Position numbers and translations under genes: made by a program. Below are positions 15,301 to 30,300 of a DNA stretch of 64,000 nt, in pieces (positions within the stretch are counted from its first letter, which is position 1; every line of letters starts with the position of its first letter). Below the pieces are notes generated by a model that was given only the letters and a program-made list of their open reading frames with translations, was not told the DNA's origin and ran no database searches. The stretch covers positions 20,212,001 through 20,276,000 of the forward strand of contig NC_086374.1 of assembly GCF_036588685.1 (NCBI RefSeq), given 5' to 3'. Source of the DNA: Mytilus trossulus. Lineage: Eukaryota.

Positions 15301-18300
15301 GATGCCTTAGCTGAATAATACTAATCACAAAGAAAAGTAAATACATGTGTTAAATACTATTTTGCTAGAAGAAAAGATGATTCATGTGTTGAATATTATA
15401 TTGTCAAAAATACAGTTAATTTGTTTGGTAGGTTTGTAATATTTAAACATTTTTGTTATAGGATCAACTGGTAAAATTGCAACAACAACGCCAGTTGTAG
15501 CTACAAGTCCTTCTCCTGGAATATCAAGTACAAGTAAGAATGAACTTTGATTGTTTTTGTTGCTTGATTTTTTTTTATGTTAATGAGACTAAAATATATA
15601 TTGTTTTGGAAAATTCAATAAATAAAATGCAAATAATTTTTCAAGAATGAAAATGTTAATGCATGCCAGTTTTTTTATAGAGTGAGTACAGTATTTTGTT
15701 AAAGGCGGTTATAACAATGACATTTTTGGTTTTTAGAGATATCGACAACTACGCCAATTTGTGAAGAAACAGATGGAATGGGTTCAATAACAACAATACC
15801 ATCAACAGAAATTACATCTAATGACAAAAAGGCAGATATTGAAAATCTACGACCTTCGTCTAAGACACCTTTTAAAAGCTCCGAAGGACAAGTGGTTATA
15901 GAGTACATGCCTTCAAAGACGAGACCAATTGCCAACGTTGAACTGGTTTCTACTGATAATATCAAGACGTATACAGTACAATTCTTTAATGCAGATGGAA
16001 CTGTGACAACTCGAAAGGTTTGTATAACTTACTCCAAATCATTAAGTTTTAACTAATCAATTTTAATTGATTCTTCTTTAAAAAGAATGTGGAATATTAA
16101 ACAAGACCAATTTTTCCATGTTATGTTTCAAATGTGTATTTTTCTTTCGGTAGGTTAAAGTAGGCGAAAAGGCTACAAGCATTGGAACCAAGCCTGATGT
16201 GAGAAAGGTAACTGTAATTATTACACCTGATGACAAAGAAGATTCTTACAGACCTGTACAGCTCCAACTAAGCGTCCATGCCTGTTTTGAAGTCAGTAAG
16301 TAATGAAAAGCAATAGTTACTTACTTGAAGATATATGTTTTGTATGGTGTTACAGTAGTATAATACAGATGTACTGCAGATATCTTACAGGTTCCATTTT
16401 GAAATGAAAGTTTGCTCATGTTAATCTGTTTTAATTTTGTCAAAACCTGCTGGTTAATGGTGTTTGATATGTCCTTGTAACATAAGAGTTGTTTGCCTTG
16501 AATAATGTATTAACCTTTTTTTGTTTAGCTTCTACGCCTATTCCAAGTACAACAGCAGTCCCACAAAAAGCATCCACAACAGTTGTCACTACAGCCGTGG
16601 TTTCACCAACACCTACAGCTACACCCTCTATAATAAGTGAAGCTACTACAACATTGCATGGTAAAGGATTTAATTTGTAATAATTTTCCAAATTAGAGTA
16701 ACAGTTTTCAGTTATATTTATGTAAAATACTTCAAAAGCAGAATGATCCCTGAACTTAATTTTGTTCAATTATATTCAAGGCAGCATATCAAAGATGATG
16801 CCTTAGCTGAATAATACTAATCACAAAGAAAAGTAAATACATGTGTTAAATACTATTTTGCTAGAAGAAAAGATGATTCATGTGTTGAATATTATATTGT
16901 CAAAAATACAGTTAATTTGTTTGGTAGGTTTGTAATATTTAAACATTTTTGTTATAGGATCAACTGGTAAAATTGCAACAACAACGCCAGTTGTAGCTAC
17001 AAGTCCTTCTCCTGGAATATCAAGTACAAGTAAGAATGAACTTTGATTTTTTTTGTTGCTTGATTTTTTTTATGTTAATGAGACTAAAATATATATTGTT
17101 TTGGAAAATTCAATAAATAAAATGCAAATAATTTTTTCAAGAATGAAAATGTTAATGCATGCCAGTTTTTTTATAGAGTGAGTACAGTATTTTGTTAAAG
17201 GCGGTTATAACAATGACATTTTTGGTTTTTAGAGATATCGACAACTACGCCAATTTGTGAAGAAACAGATGGAATGGGTTCAATAACAACAATACCATCA
17301 ACAGAAATTACATCTAATGACAAAAAGGCAGATATTGAAAATCTACGACCTTCGTCTAAGACACCTTTTAAAAGCTCCGAAGGACAAGTGGTTATAGAGT
17401 ACATGCCTTCAAAGACGAGACCAATTGCCAACGTTGAACTGGTTTCTACTGATAATATCAAGACGTATACAGTACAATTCTTTAATGCAGATGGAACTGT
17501 GACAACTCGAAAGGTTTGTATAACTTACTCCAAATCATTAAGTTTTAACTAATCAATTTTAATTGATTCTTCTTTAAAAAGAATGTGGAATATTAAACAA
17601 GACCAATTTTTCCATGTTATGTTTCAAATGTGTATTTTTCTTTCGGTAGGTTAAAGTAGGCGAAAAGGCTACAAGCATTGGAACCAAGCCTGATGTGAGA
17701 AAGGTAACTGTAATTATTACACCTGATGACAAAGAAGATTCTTACAGACCTGTACAGCTCCAACTAAGCGTCCATGCCTGTTTTGAAGTCAGTAAGTAAT
17801 GAAAAGCAATAGTTACTTACTTGAAGATATATGTTTTGTATGGTGTTACAGTAGTATAATACAGATGTACTGCAGATATCTTACAGGTTCCATTTTGAAA
17901 TGAAAGTTTGCTCATGTTAATCTGTTTTAATTTTGTCAAAACCTGCTGGTTAATGGTGTTTGATATGTCCTTGTAACATAAGAGTTGTTTGCCTTGAATA
18001 ATGAACCATAACCTTTTTTTGTTTAGCTTCTACGCCTATTCCAAGTACAACAGCAGTCCCACAAAAAGCATCCACAACAGTTGTCACTACAGCCGTGGTT
18101 TCACCAACACCTACAGCTACACCCTCTATAATAAGTGAAGCTACTACAACATTGCAAGGTAAAGGATTTAATTTGTAATAATTTTCCAAATTAGAGTAAC
18201 AGTTTTCAGTTATATTTATGTAAAATACTTCAAAAGCAGAATGATCCCTGAACTTAATTTTGTTCAATTATATTCAAGGCAGCATATCAAAGATGATGCC

Positions 18301-21300
18301 TTAGCTGAATAATACTAATCACAAAGAAAAGTAAATACATGTGTTAAATTCTATTTTGCTAGAAGAAAAGATGATTCATGTGTTGAATATTATATTGTCA
18401 AAAATACAGATAATACAATTTTTGAATTTGAACAAATTATTAATTTGTTTGGTATGTTTGTATAATATTTAAACATTTTTGTTATAGGATCAACTGGTAA
18501 AATTGCAACAACAACGCCAGTTGTAGCTACAAGTCCTTCTCCTGGAATATCAAGTACAAGTAAGAATGAACTTTGATTTTTTTTGTTGCTTGATTTTTTT
18601 TATGTTAATGAGACTAAAATATATATTGTTTTGGAAAATTCAATCAATAAAATGCAAATAATTTTTCAAGAATGAAAATGTTAATGCATGACTGTTTTTT
18701 ATAGAGTGAGTACAGTATTTTGTTAAAGGCGGTTATAACAATGACATTTTTGGTTTTTAGAGATATCGACAACTACGCCAATTTGTGAAGAAACAGATGG
18801 AATGGGTTCAATAACAACAATACCATCAACAGAAATTACATCTAATGACAAAAAGGCAGATATTGAAAATCTACGACCTTCGTCTAAGACACCTTTTAAA
18901 AGCTCCGAAGGACAAGTGGTTATAGAGTACATGCCTTCAAAGACGAGACCAATTGCCAACGTTGAACTGGTTTCTACTGATAATATCAAGACGTATACAG
19001 TACAATTCTTTAATGCAGATGGAACTGTGACAACTCGAAAGGTTTGTATAACTTACTCCAAATCATTAAGTTTTAACTAATCAATTTTAATTGATTCTTC
19101 TTTAAAAAGAATGTGGAATATTAAACAAGACCAATTTTTCCATGTTATATTTCAAATGTGTATTTTTCTTTCGGTAGGTTAAAGTAGGCGAAAAGGCTAC
19201 AAGCATTGGAACCAAGCCTGATGTGAGAAAGGTAACTGTAATTATTACACCTGATGACAAAGAAGATTCTTACAGACCTGTACAGCTCCAACTAAGCGTC
19301 CATGCCTGTTTTGAAGTCAGTAAGTAATGAAAAGCAATAGTTACTTACTTGAAGATATATGTTTTGTATGGTGTTACAGTAGTATAATACAGATGTACTG
19401 CAGATATCTTACAGGTTCCATTTTGAAATGAAAGTTTGCTCATGTTAATCTGTTTTAATTTTGTCAAAACCTGCTGGTTAATGGTGTTTAATATGTCCTT
19501 GTAACATAAGAGTTGTTTGCCTTGAATAATGAATTAACCTTTTTTTGTTTAGCTTCTACGCCTATTCCAAGTACAACAGCAGTCCCACAAAAAGCATCCA
19601 CAACAGTTGTCACTACAGCCGTGGTTTCACCAACACCTACAGCTACACCCTCTATAATAAGTGAAGCTACTACAACATTGCAAGGTAAAGGATTTAATTT
19701 GTAATAATTTTCCAAATTAGAGTAACAGTTTTCAGTTATATTTATGTAAAATACTACAAAAGCAGAATGATCCCTGAACTTAATTTTGTTCAATTATATT
19801 CAAGGCAGCATATCAAAGATGATGCCTTAGCTGAATAATACTAATCACAAAGAAAAGTAAATACATGTGTTAAATACTATTTTGCTAGAAGAAAAGATGA
19901 TTCATGTGTTGAATATTATATTGTCAAAAATACAGATAATACAATTTTTGAATTTGAACAAATTATTAATTTGTTTGGTATGTTTGTATAATATTTAAAC
20001 ATTTTTGTTATAGGATCAACTAGTAAAATTGCAACAACAACGCCAGTTGTAGCTACAAGTCCTTCTCCTGGAATATCAAGTACAAGTAAGAATGAACTTT
20101 GATTTTTTTTGTTGCTTGATTTTTTTTATGTTAATGAGACTAAAATATATATTGTTTTGGAAAATTCAATCAATAAAATGCAAATAATTTTTCAAGAATG
20201 AAAATGTTAATGCATGACTGTTTTTTATAGAGTGAGTACAGTTTTTTGTTAAAGGCGGTTATAACAATGACATTTTTGGTTTTTAGAGATATCGACAACT
20301 ACGCCAATTTGTGAAGAAACAGATGGAATGGGTTCAATAACAACAATACCATCAACAGAAATTACATCTAATGACAAAAAGGCAGATATTGAAAATCTAC
20401 GACCTTCGTCTAAGACACCTTTTAAAAGCTCCGAAGGACAAGTGGTTATAGAGTACATGCCTTCAAAGACGAGACCAATTGCCAACGTTGAACTGGTTTC
20501 TACTGATAATATCAAGACGTATACAGTACAATTCTTTAATGCAGATGGAACTGTGACAACTCGAAAGGTTTGTATAACTTACTCCAAATCATTAAGTTTT
20601 AACTAATCAATTTTAATTGATTCTTCTTTAAAAAGAATGTGGAATATTAAACAAGACCAATTTTTCCATGTTATGTTTCAAATGTGTATTTTTCTTTCGG
20701 TAGGTTAAAGTAGGCGAAAAGGCTACAAGCATTGGAACCAAGCCTGATGTGAGAAAGGTAACTGTAATTATTACACCTGATGACAAAGAAGATTCTTACA
20801 GACCTGTACAGCTCCAACTAAGCGTCCATGCCTGTTTTGAAGTCAGTAAGTAATGAAAAGCAATAGTTACTTACTTGAAGATATATGTTTTGTATAGTGT
20901 TACAGTTTTATAATACAGATGTACTGCAGAGATCTTAGATGTTCCATTTTGAAATGAAAGTTCGCTCATGTTAATCTGTTTTAATTTTGTCAAAACCTGC
21001 TGGTTAATGGTGTTTGATATGTCCTTGTAACATAAGAGTTGTTTGCCTTGAATAATGAATTAACCTTTTTTTGTTTAGCTTCTACGCCTATTCCAAGTAC
21101 AACAGCAGTCCCACAAAAAGCATCCACAACAGTTGTCACTACAGCCGTGGTTTCACCAACACCTACAGCTACACCCTCTATAATAAGTGAAGCTACTACA
21201 ACATTGCAAGGTAAAGGATTTAATTTGTAATAATTTTCCAAATTAGAGTAACAGTTTTCAGTTATATTTATGTAAAATACTTCAAAAGCAGAATGATCCC

Positions 21301-24300
21301 TGAACTTAATTTTGTTCAATTATATTCAAGGCAGCATATCAAAGATGATGCCTTAGCTGAATAAAACTCATCACAAAGGAAACTAAATACATGTGTTATA
21401 TACTATTTTGCTAGTAGAAAAGATGATTCATGTGTTGAATATTATATTGTCAAAAATACAGATAATACAATTTTTGAATTTAAACAAATTATTAATTTGT
21501 TTGGTATGTTTGTATATTTAAACATTTTGTTATAGGATCAACTGGTAAAATTGCAACAACAACGCCAGTTGTAGCTACAAGTCCTTCTCCTGGAATTTCA
21601 AGTACAAGTAAGACTGAACTTTGATTTTTTTTTTATGTTAATGAGACTAAAATATATATTGTTTTGGAAAATTCAATAAATAAAATGCAAATAATTTTTC
21701 AAGAATGAAAATGTTAATGACTGATTTTTATAGAATAAGTACAGTATTTTGTTAAAGGTGCTTATTACAATGACATTTTTGGTTTTTAGAGATATCGACA
21801 ACTACGCCAATTTGTGAAGAAACAGATGGAATGGGTTCAATAACAACAATACCATCAACAGAAATTTCTTCTAATGACAAAAAGGCAGATATTGAAAATC
21901 TACGACCTTCGTCTAAGACACCTTTTAAAAGCTCCGAAGGACAAGTGGTTATAGAGTACGTGCCTTCAAAGACAAGACCAATTGCCAACGTTGAACTGGT
22001 TTCTACTGATAATATCAAGACGTATACAGTACAATTCTTTAATGCAGATGGAACTGTGACAACTCGAAAGGTTTGTATAACTTACTCCAAATCATTAAGT
22101 TTTAACTAATCAATTTTAATTGATTCTTCTTTAAAAAGAATGTGGAATATTAAACAAGACCATTTTTTTTTCCATGTTATGTTTCAAATGTGTATTTTTC
22201 TTTCGGTAGGTTAAAGTAGGCGAAAAGGCTACAAGCATTGGAACCAAGCCTGATGTGAGAAAGGTAACTGTAATTATTACACCTGATGACAAAGAAGATT
22301 CTTACAGACCTGTACAGCTCCAACTAAGCGTCCATGCCTGTTTTGAAGTCAGTAAGTAATGAAAAGCAATAGTTACTTACTTGAAGATATATGTTTTGTA
22401 TAGTGTTACAGTTTTATAATACAGATGTACTGCAGAGATCTTAGATGTTCCATTTTGAAATGAAAGTTCGCTCATGTTAATCTGTTTTATTTTTGTCAAA
22501 ACCTGCTGGTTAATGGTGTTTGATATGTCCTTGTAACATAAGAGTTGTTTGCCTTGAATAATGAATTAACCTTTTTTTGTTTAGCTTCTACGCCTATTCC
22601 AAGTACAACAGCAGTCCCACAAAAAGCATCCACAACAGTTGTCACTACAGCCGTGGTTTCACCAACACCTACAGCTACACCCTCTATAATAAGTGAAGCT
22701 ACTACAACATTGCAAGGTAAAGGATTTAATTTGTAATAATTTTCCAAATTAGAGTAACAGTTTTCAGTTATATTTATGTAAAATACTTCAAAAGCAGAAT
22801 GATCCCTGAACTTAATTTTGTTCAATTATATTCAAGGCAGCATATCAAAGATGATGCCTTAGCTGAATAAAACTCATCACAAAGGAAACTAAATACATGT
22901 GTTATATACTATTTTGCTAGTAGAAAAGATGATTCATGTGTTGAATATTATATTGTCAAAAATACAGATAATACAATTTTTGAATTTAAACAAATTATTA
23001 ATTTGTTTGGTATGTTTGTATATTTAAACATTTTGTTATAGGATCAACTGGTAAAATTGCAACAACAACGCCAGTTGTAGCTACAAGTCCTTCTCCTGGA
23101 ATTTCAAGTACAAGTAAGACTGAACTTTGATTTTTTTTTTTATGTTAATGAGACTAAAATATATATTGTTTTGGAAAATTCAATAAATAAAATGCAAATA
23201 ATTTTTCAAGAATGAAAATGTTAATGACTGATTTTTATAGAATAAGTACAGTATTTTGTTAAAGGTGCTTATTACAATGACATTTTTGGTTTTTAGAGAT
23301 ATCGACAACTACGCCAATTTGTGAAGAAACAGATGGAATGGGTTCAATAACAACAATACCATCAACAGAAATTTCTTCTAATGACAAAAAGGCAGATATT
23401 GAAAATCTACGACCTTCGTCTAAGACACCTTTTAAAAGCTCCGAAGGACAAGTGGTTATAGAGTACGTGCCTTCAAAGACAAGACCAATTGCCAACGTTG
23501 AACTGGTTTCTACTGATAATATCAAGACGTATACAGTACAATTCTTTAATGCAGATGGAACTGTGACAACTCGAAAGGTTTGTATAACTTACTCCAAATC
23601 ATTAAGTTTTAACTAATCAATTTTAATTGATTCTTCTTTAAAAAGAATGTGGAATATTAAACAAGACCATTTTTTTTTCCATGTTATGTTTCAAATGTGT
23701 ATTTTTCTTTCGGTAGGTTAAAGTAGGCGAAAAGGCTACAAGCATTGGAACCAAGCCTGATGTGAGAAAGGTAACTGTAATTATTACACCTGATGACAAA
23801 GAAGATTCTTACAGACCTGTACAGCTCCAACTAAGCATCCATGCCTGTTTTGAAGTCAGTAAGTAATGAAAAGCAATAGTTACTTACTTGAAGATATATG
23901 TTTTGTATGGTGTTACAGTATTATAATACAGATGTACTGAAGAGATCTTACATGTTCCATTTTGAGATGAAAGTTCGCTCATGTTAATCTGTTTTAATTT
24001 TGTCAAAACCTGCTGGATAATGGTGTTTGATATGTCCTTGTAACATAAGAGTTATTTGCCTTGAATAATGAAGTAACCTTTTTTTGTTTAGCTTCTACGC
24101 CTATTCCAAGTACAACAGCAGTCCCACAAAAAGCATCCACAACAGTTGTCACTACAGCCGTGGTTTCACCAACACCTACAGCTACACCCTCTATAATAAG
24201 TGAAGCTACTACAACATTGCAAGGTAAAGGATTTAATTTATAATAATTTTCCAAATTAGAGTAACAGTTTTCAGTTATATCTATGTAAAATACTACAAAA

Positions 24301-27300
24301 GCAGAATGATTCCTGAACTTAATTTTGTTCAATTAAAAATATAAATTCAAGGCAGCATATCAAAGATGATGCATTAGCTATATAATGCTAATCAAAAAGG
24401 AAAGTAAAAACATGTGTTAAATACTATTTTGCTAGTAGAAAAGATGTTTCATGTGTTGAATATTATATTGTAAAAAATAAAAATAAAACTATTTTTGAAT
24501 TTGAACAAATTACTAATTTGTTTGGCTTGTTTGTATATTTAAACATTTTTGTTCTAGGATCAACTGGTAAAATTGCAACAACAACGCCAGTTGTAGCTAC
24601 AAGTCCTTCTCCTGGAATTTCAAGTACAAGTAAGAATGAACTTTGATTCATTTCTTGTTTTATTTTTTATATGTTAATGAGACTAAAATATATATTGTTT
24701 TGGAAAATTCAATAAATAAAATGCAAATAATTTTTCAAGAATGAAAATGTGAATGCATGACTGTTTTTTATAGAATGAGTACAGTATTTTGTTAAAGGTG
24801 GTTATAACAATGACATTTTTGGTTTGTAGAGATATCGACAACTACGCCAATTTGTGAAGAAACAGATGGAATGGGTTCAATAACAACAATACCATCAACA
24901 GAAATTACATCTAATGACAAAACGGCAGATATTGAAAATCTACGACCTTCGTCTAAGACACCTTTTAAAAGCTCCGAAGGACAAGTGGTTATAGAGTACG
25001 TGCCTTCAAAGACAAGACCAATAGCCAATGTTGAACTGGTTTCTACTGATAATGTCAAAACTTATACAGTGCAATTCTTTAATGCAGATGGAACCGTGAC
25101 AACTAGAAAGGTTAGTATAATTCCCACAAAGTCAATACGATTAATGGTTTTTAGTTTACTCTATCTTCATCAAAAAATATATTCAATTGCTGAAACTTAA
25201 ATACTGTTGCCTTTAAAACCTTAAAAGTTATGTTTTTCTGTTCTGTAGGTGAAAGTTGGCGAAAAGGCCATAAGTGTTGGAACTAAACCTGACGTGAAAA
25301 AAGTGAATGTAATAATCACACCGGATGACAAAGAAGATTCTTACAAACCTGTACAGCTACAATTGAGTGTCCATGCTTGTTTTGAAGTCAGTAAGTAAAG
25401 AAGTGACATAGATGTTTAAACTGTAGAAGTATATCTCATTTATTTAACAATCACATAGTCTATTTGTTTTGTTTAATATCTTGGTGTGCCTTGCTAAAAT
25501 AGCACCATGATTACAAAAATGAGTATGGTAAATAAGTATACAAGGAAGTAGTCAATAAACTGTCATCCAAAGGATGTTTGAAATGTTCTTGTCTGAAATC
25601 GTTGAATACTGGTCACATTTTGTTTGTTTTATTTTGTCAGTTTCCACGACAATTCCAAGTACAACAACAGTTCCACAGACACCGTCTTCAGCAGTAATTA
25701 CTACAGCCGTGGTTTCACCCACACCTACAGCTACACCTGAAATTATAACTGAAACTACTCAAACAATTAAAGGTAATTGTTTTTAAAATATCATTATAGT
25801 TGTATTGGCATTTTCTAAAAGATGTTATAAGCCGCCTTAAGCTTTATTTAAGTGAATGATTATAAATCAAAAACTGATGATTTTTACTGTTGAAATTTTA
25901 GAAGGACATTTAAGAAAGACATTTAATCTTGCAACATTGTTGAATATTATGATTTGAAAACAGGTAAAATTTATTCAGTTAATTATTCTGTCTTACTTGA
26001 CTTTTGAATAATCATTTTTCAGTAACCAGTGAAAAAGTTACAACACCAACTCAAGTGTCAACGACAAGTCCATCTCCTGGAATTTCAATTACTTGTAAGT
26101 TTGAATATTTCAGTTTTTCTTGTACTATTTGTTTGTTTTATTTGCGCACGTTTACAACATAATTGCTGAAACGTTTTCAACAGGAGACACTTAGCCTGCC
26201 AATACACCGGATCATGCTCCTTTTGGAGTTAATACAATTCCCTCATTTAGTTTTGTATTCCTTGATTTGTATTGTCAAAATAGAGTTATGAGATTTTAAC
26301 ATAGGTTAACTACTGTTGTTTTGAATTTATGAATGAAACTCGAGTTAATTTTCTTTTCTCTCAGTGTTTATGCATGAATTATAGCACTAGTTTGATAAGT
26401 GGTTACATGCTGAAATGTTTTTTTTCTTCTGTAGCAATAGCAACAACTACTCCAATCTGTGAAGAAACAGATGGAATGGATTCAATAACAACAATACCTT
26501 CAACTGAAATTACAACAAATGACCAGAAAGGAGAAATTGAAAATCTGCGACCTTCCTCTAAGACACCATTTAAAAGTTCTGAAGAAAAACTGGTTTTAGA
26601 ATACGTGCCTGCGAAGTCAAGACCAATAGCCAATGTTGAACTGGTTTCTACTGATAATGTCAAGACTTATACAGTGCAATTCTTTAATGCAGATGGAACC
26701 GTGACAACTAGAAAGGTTAGTATGACTCCCACAAAGGCAATACGATTAATGGTTTTCAGTTTACTCTATCTTCATCAAAAAGAATATTCAATTGCTGCTT
26801 ATATGGTCATTGAAACTTAAATACTGTTGCCTTTAAAACCTTAAAAGTTATGTTTTTCTCTGTCCTGTAGGTGAAAGTTGGCGAAAAGGCCATAAGTGTT
26901 GGAACTAAACCTGACGTGAAAAAAGTGAATGTAATAATCACACCGGATGACAAAGAAGATTCTTACAAACCTGTACAGCTACAATTGAGTGTCCATGCTT
27001 GTTTTGAAGTCAGTAAGTAAAGAAGTGACATAGATGTTTAAACTGTAGAAGTATATCTCATTTATTTAACAATCACATAGTCTATTTGTTTTGTTTAATA
27101 TCTTGGTGTGCCTTGCTAAAATAGCACCATGATTACAAAAATGAGTATGGTAAATAAGTATACAAGGAAGTAGTCAATAAACTGTCATCCAAAGGATGTT
27201 TGAAATGTTCTTGTCTGAAATCGTTGAATACTGGTCACATTTTGTTTGTTTTATTTTGTCAGTTTCCACGACAATTCCAAGTACAACAACAGTTCCACAG

Positions 27301-30300
27301 ACACCGTCTTCAGCAGTAATTACTACAGCCGTGGTTTCACCCACACCTACAGCTACACCTGAAATTATAACTGAAACTACTCAAACAATTAAAGGTATTT
27401 GTTTTTAAAATATCATTATAGTTGTATTGGCATTTTCTAAAAGATGTTATAAGCCGCCTTAAGCTTTATTTAAGTGAATGATTATAAATCAAAAACTGAT
27501 GATTTTTACTGTTGAAATTTTAGAAGGACATTTAAGAAAAACATTTAATCTTGCAACATTGTTGAATATTATGATTTGAAAACAGGTAAAATTTATTCAG
27601 TTAATTATTCTGTCTTACTTGACTTTTGAATAATCATTTTTCAGTAACCAGTGAACAAGTTACAACACCAACTCAAGTGTTAACGACAAGTCCATCTCCT
27701 GGAATTTCAATTACTTGTAAGTTTGAATATTTCAGTTTTTCTTGTACTATTTGTTTGTTTTATTTGCGCACGTTTACAACATAATTGCTGAAACGTTTTC
27801 AACAGGAGACACTTAGCCTGCCAATACACCGGATCATGCTCCTTTTGGAGTTAATACAATTCCCTCATTTAGTTTTGTATTCCTTGATTTGTATTGTCAA
27901 AATAGAGTTATGAGATTTTAACATAGGTTAACTACTGTTGTTTTGAATTTATGAATGAAACTCGAGTTAATTTTCTTTTCTCTCAGTGTTTATGCATGAA
28001 TTATAGCACTAGTTTGATAAGTGGTTACATGCTGAAATGTTTTTTTTCTTCTGTAGCAATAGCAACAACTACTCCAATCTGTGAAGAAACAGATGGAATG
28101 GATTCAATAACAACAATACCTTCAACTGAAATTACAACAAATGACCAGAAAGGAGAAATTGAAAATCTGCGACCTTCCTCTAAGACACCATTTAAAAGTT
28201 CTGAAGAAAAACTGGTTTTAGAATACGTGCCTGCGAAGTCAAGACCAATAGCCAATGTTGAACTGGTTTCTACTGATAATGTCAAGACTTATACAGTGCA
28301 ATTCTTTAATGCAGATGGAACCGTGACAACTAGAAAGGTTAGTATGACTCCCACAAAGGCAATACGATTAATGGTTTTCAGTTTACTCTATCTTCATCAA
28401 AAAGAATATTCAATTGCTGCTTATATGGTCATTGAAACTTAAATACTGTTGCCATTAAAACCTTAAAAGTTATGTTTTTCTCTGTCCTGTAGGTGAAAGT
28501 TGGCGAAAAGGCCATAAGTGTTGGAACTAAACCTGACGTGAAAAAAGTGAATGTAATAATCACACCGGATGACAAAGAAGATTCTTACAAACCTGTACAG
28601 CTACAATTGAGTGTCCATGCTTGTTTTGAAGTCAGTAAGTAAAGAAGTGACATAGATGTTTAAACTGTAGAAGTATATCTCATTTATTTAACAATCACAT
28701 AGTCTATTTGTTTTGTTTAATATCTTGGTGTGCCTTGCTAAAATAGCACCATGATTACAAAAATGAGTATGGTAAATAAGTATACAAGGAAGTAGTCAAT
28801 AAACTGTCATCCAAAGGATGTTTGAAATGTTCTTGTCTGAAATCGTTGAATACTGGTCACATTTTGTTTGTTTTATTTTGTCAGTTTCCACGACAATTCC
28901 AAGTACAACAACAGTTCCACAGACACCGTCTTCAGCAGTAATTACTACAGCCGTGGTTTCACCCACACCTACAGCTACACCTGAAATTATAACTGAAACT
29001 ACTCAAACAATTAAAGGTATTTGTTTTTAAAATATCATTATAGTTGTATTGGCATTTTCTAAAAGATGTTATAAGCCGCCTTAAGCTTTATTTAAGTGAA
29101 TGATTATAAATCAAAAACTGATGATTTTTACTGTTGAAATTTTAGAAGGACATTTAAGAAAGACATTTAATCTTGCAACATTGTTGAATATTATGATTTG
29201 AAAACAGGTAAAATTTATTCAGTTAATTATTCTGTCTTACTTGACTTTTGAATAATCATTTTTCAGTAACCAGTGAAAAAGTTACAACACCAACTCAAGT
29301 GTCAACGACAAGTCCATCTCCTGGAATTTCAATTACTTGTAAGTTTGAATATTTCAGTTTTTCTTGTACTATTTGTTTGTTTTATTTGCGCACGTTTACA
29401 ACATAATTGCTGAAACGTTTTCAACAGGAGACACTTAGCCTGCCAATACACCGGATCATGCTCCTTTTGGAGTTAATACAATTCCCTCATTTAGTTTTGT
29501 ATTCCTTGATTTGTATTGTCAAAATAGAGTTATGAGATTTTAACATAGGTTAACTACTGTTGTTTTGAATTTATGAATGAAACTCGAGTTAATTTTCTTT
29601 TCTCTCAGTGTTTATGCATGAATTATAGCACTAGTTTGATAAGTGGTTACATGCTGAAATGTTTTTTTTCTTCTGTAGCAATAGCAACAACTACTCCAAT
29701 CTGTGAAGAAACAGATGGAATGGATTCAATAACAACAATACCTTCAACTGAAATTACAACAAATGACCAGAAAGGAGAAATTGAAAATCTGCGACCTTCC
29801 TCTAAGACACCATTTAAAAGTTCTGAAGAAAAACTGGTTTTAGAATACGTGCCTGCGAAGTCAAGACCAATAGCCAATGTTGAACTGGTTTCTACTGATA
29901 ATGTCAAGACTTATACAGTGCAATTCTTTAATGCAGATGGAACCGTGACAACTAGAAAGGTTAGTATGACTCCCACAAAGGCAATACGATTAATGGTTTT
30001 CAGTTTACTCTATCTTCATCAAAAAGAATATTCAATTGCTGCTTATATGGTCATTGAAACTTTAATACTGTTGCCTTTAAAACCTTAAAAGTTATGTTTT
30101 TCTCTGTCCTGTAGGTAAAAGTTGGCGAAAAGGCCATAAGTGTTGGAACTAAACCTGACGTGAAAAAAGTGAATGTAATAATCACACCGGATGACAAAGA
30201 AGATTCTTACAAACCTGTACAGCTACAATTGAGTGTCCATGCTTGTTTTGAAGTCAGTAAGTAAAGAAGTGACATAGATGTTTAAACTGTAGAAGTATAT

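Larger units (their letters stand above)
1..25020 (+). repeat. Tandem array block A: 17 units of ~1.49-1.53 kb (mode ~1527 bp)
   Basis: Near-identical exons and introns; introns ~203/136/233/329 bp (last one ~297 bp in the short variant); window starts inside an L1-L2 intron of this block. Confidence 0.95.

Noticed and set aside
26329-26434. Hydrophobic N-terminal extension (MNETRVNFLFSQCLC...) as a signal peptide
   Set aside because: It is translated intron and polypyrimidine tract. It is broken by a 1-bp T-run change in two B units (37761, 42620) and absent from blocks A and C.
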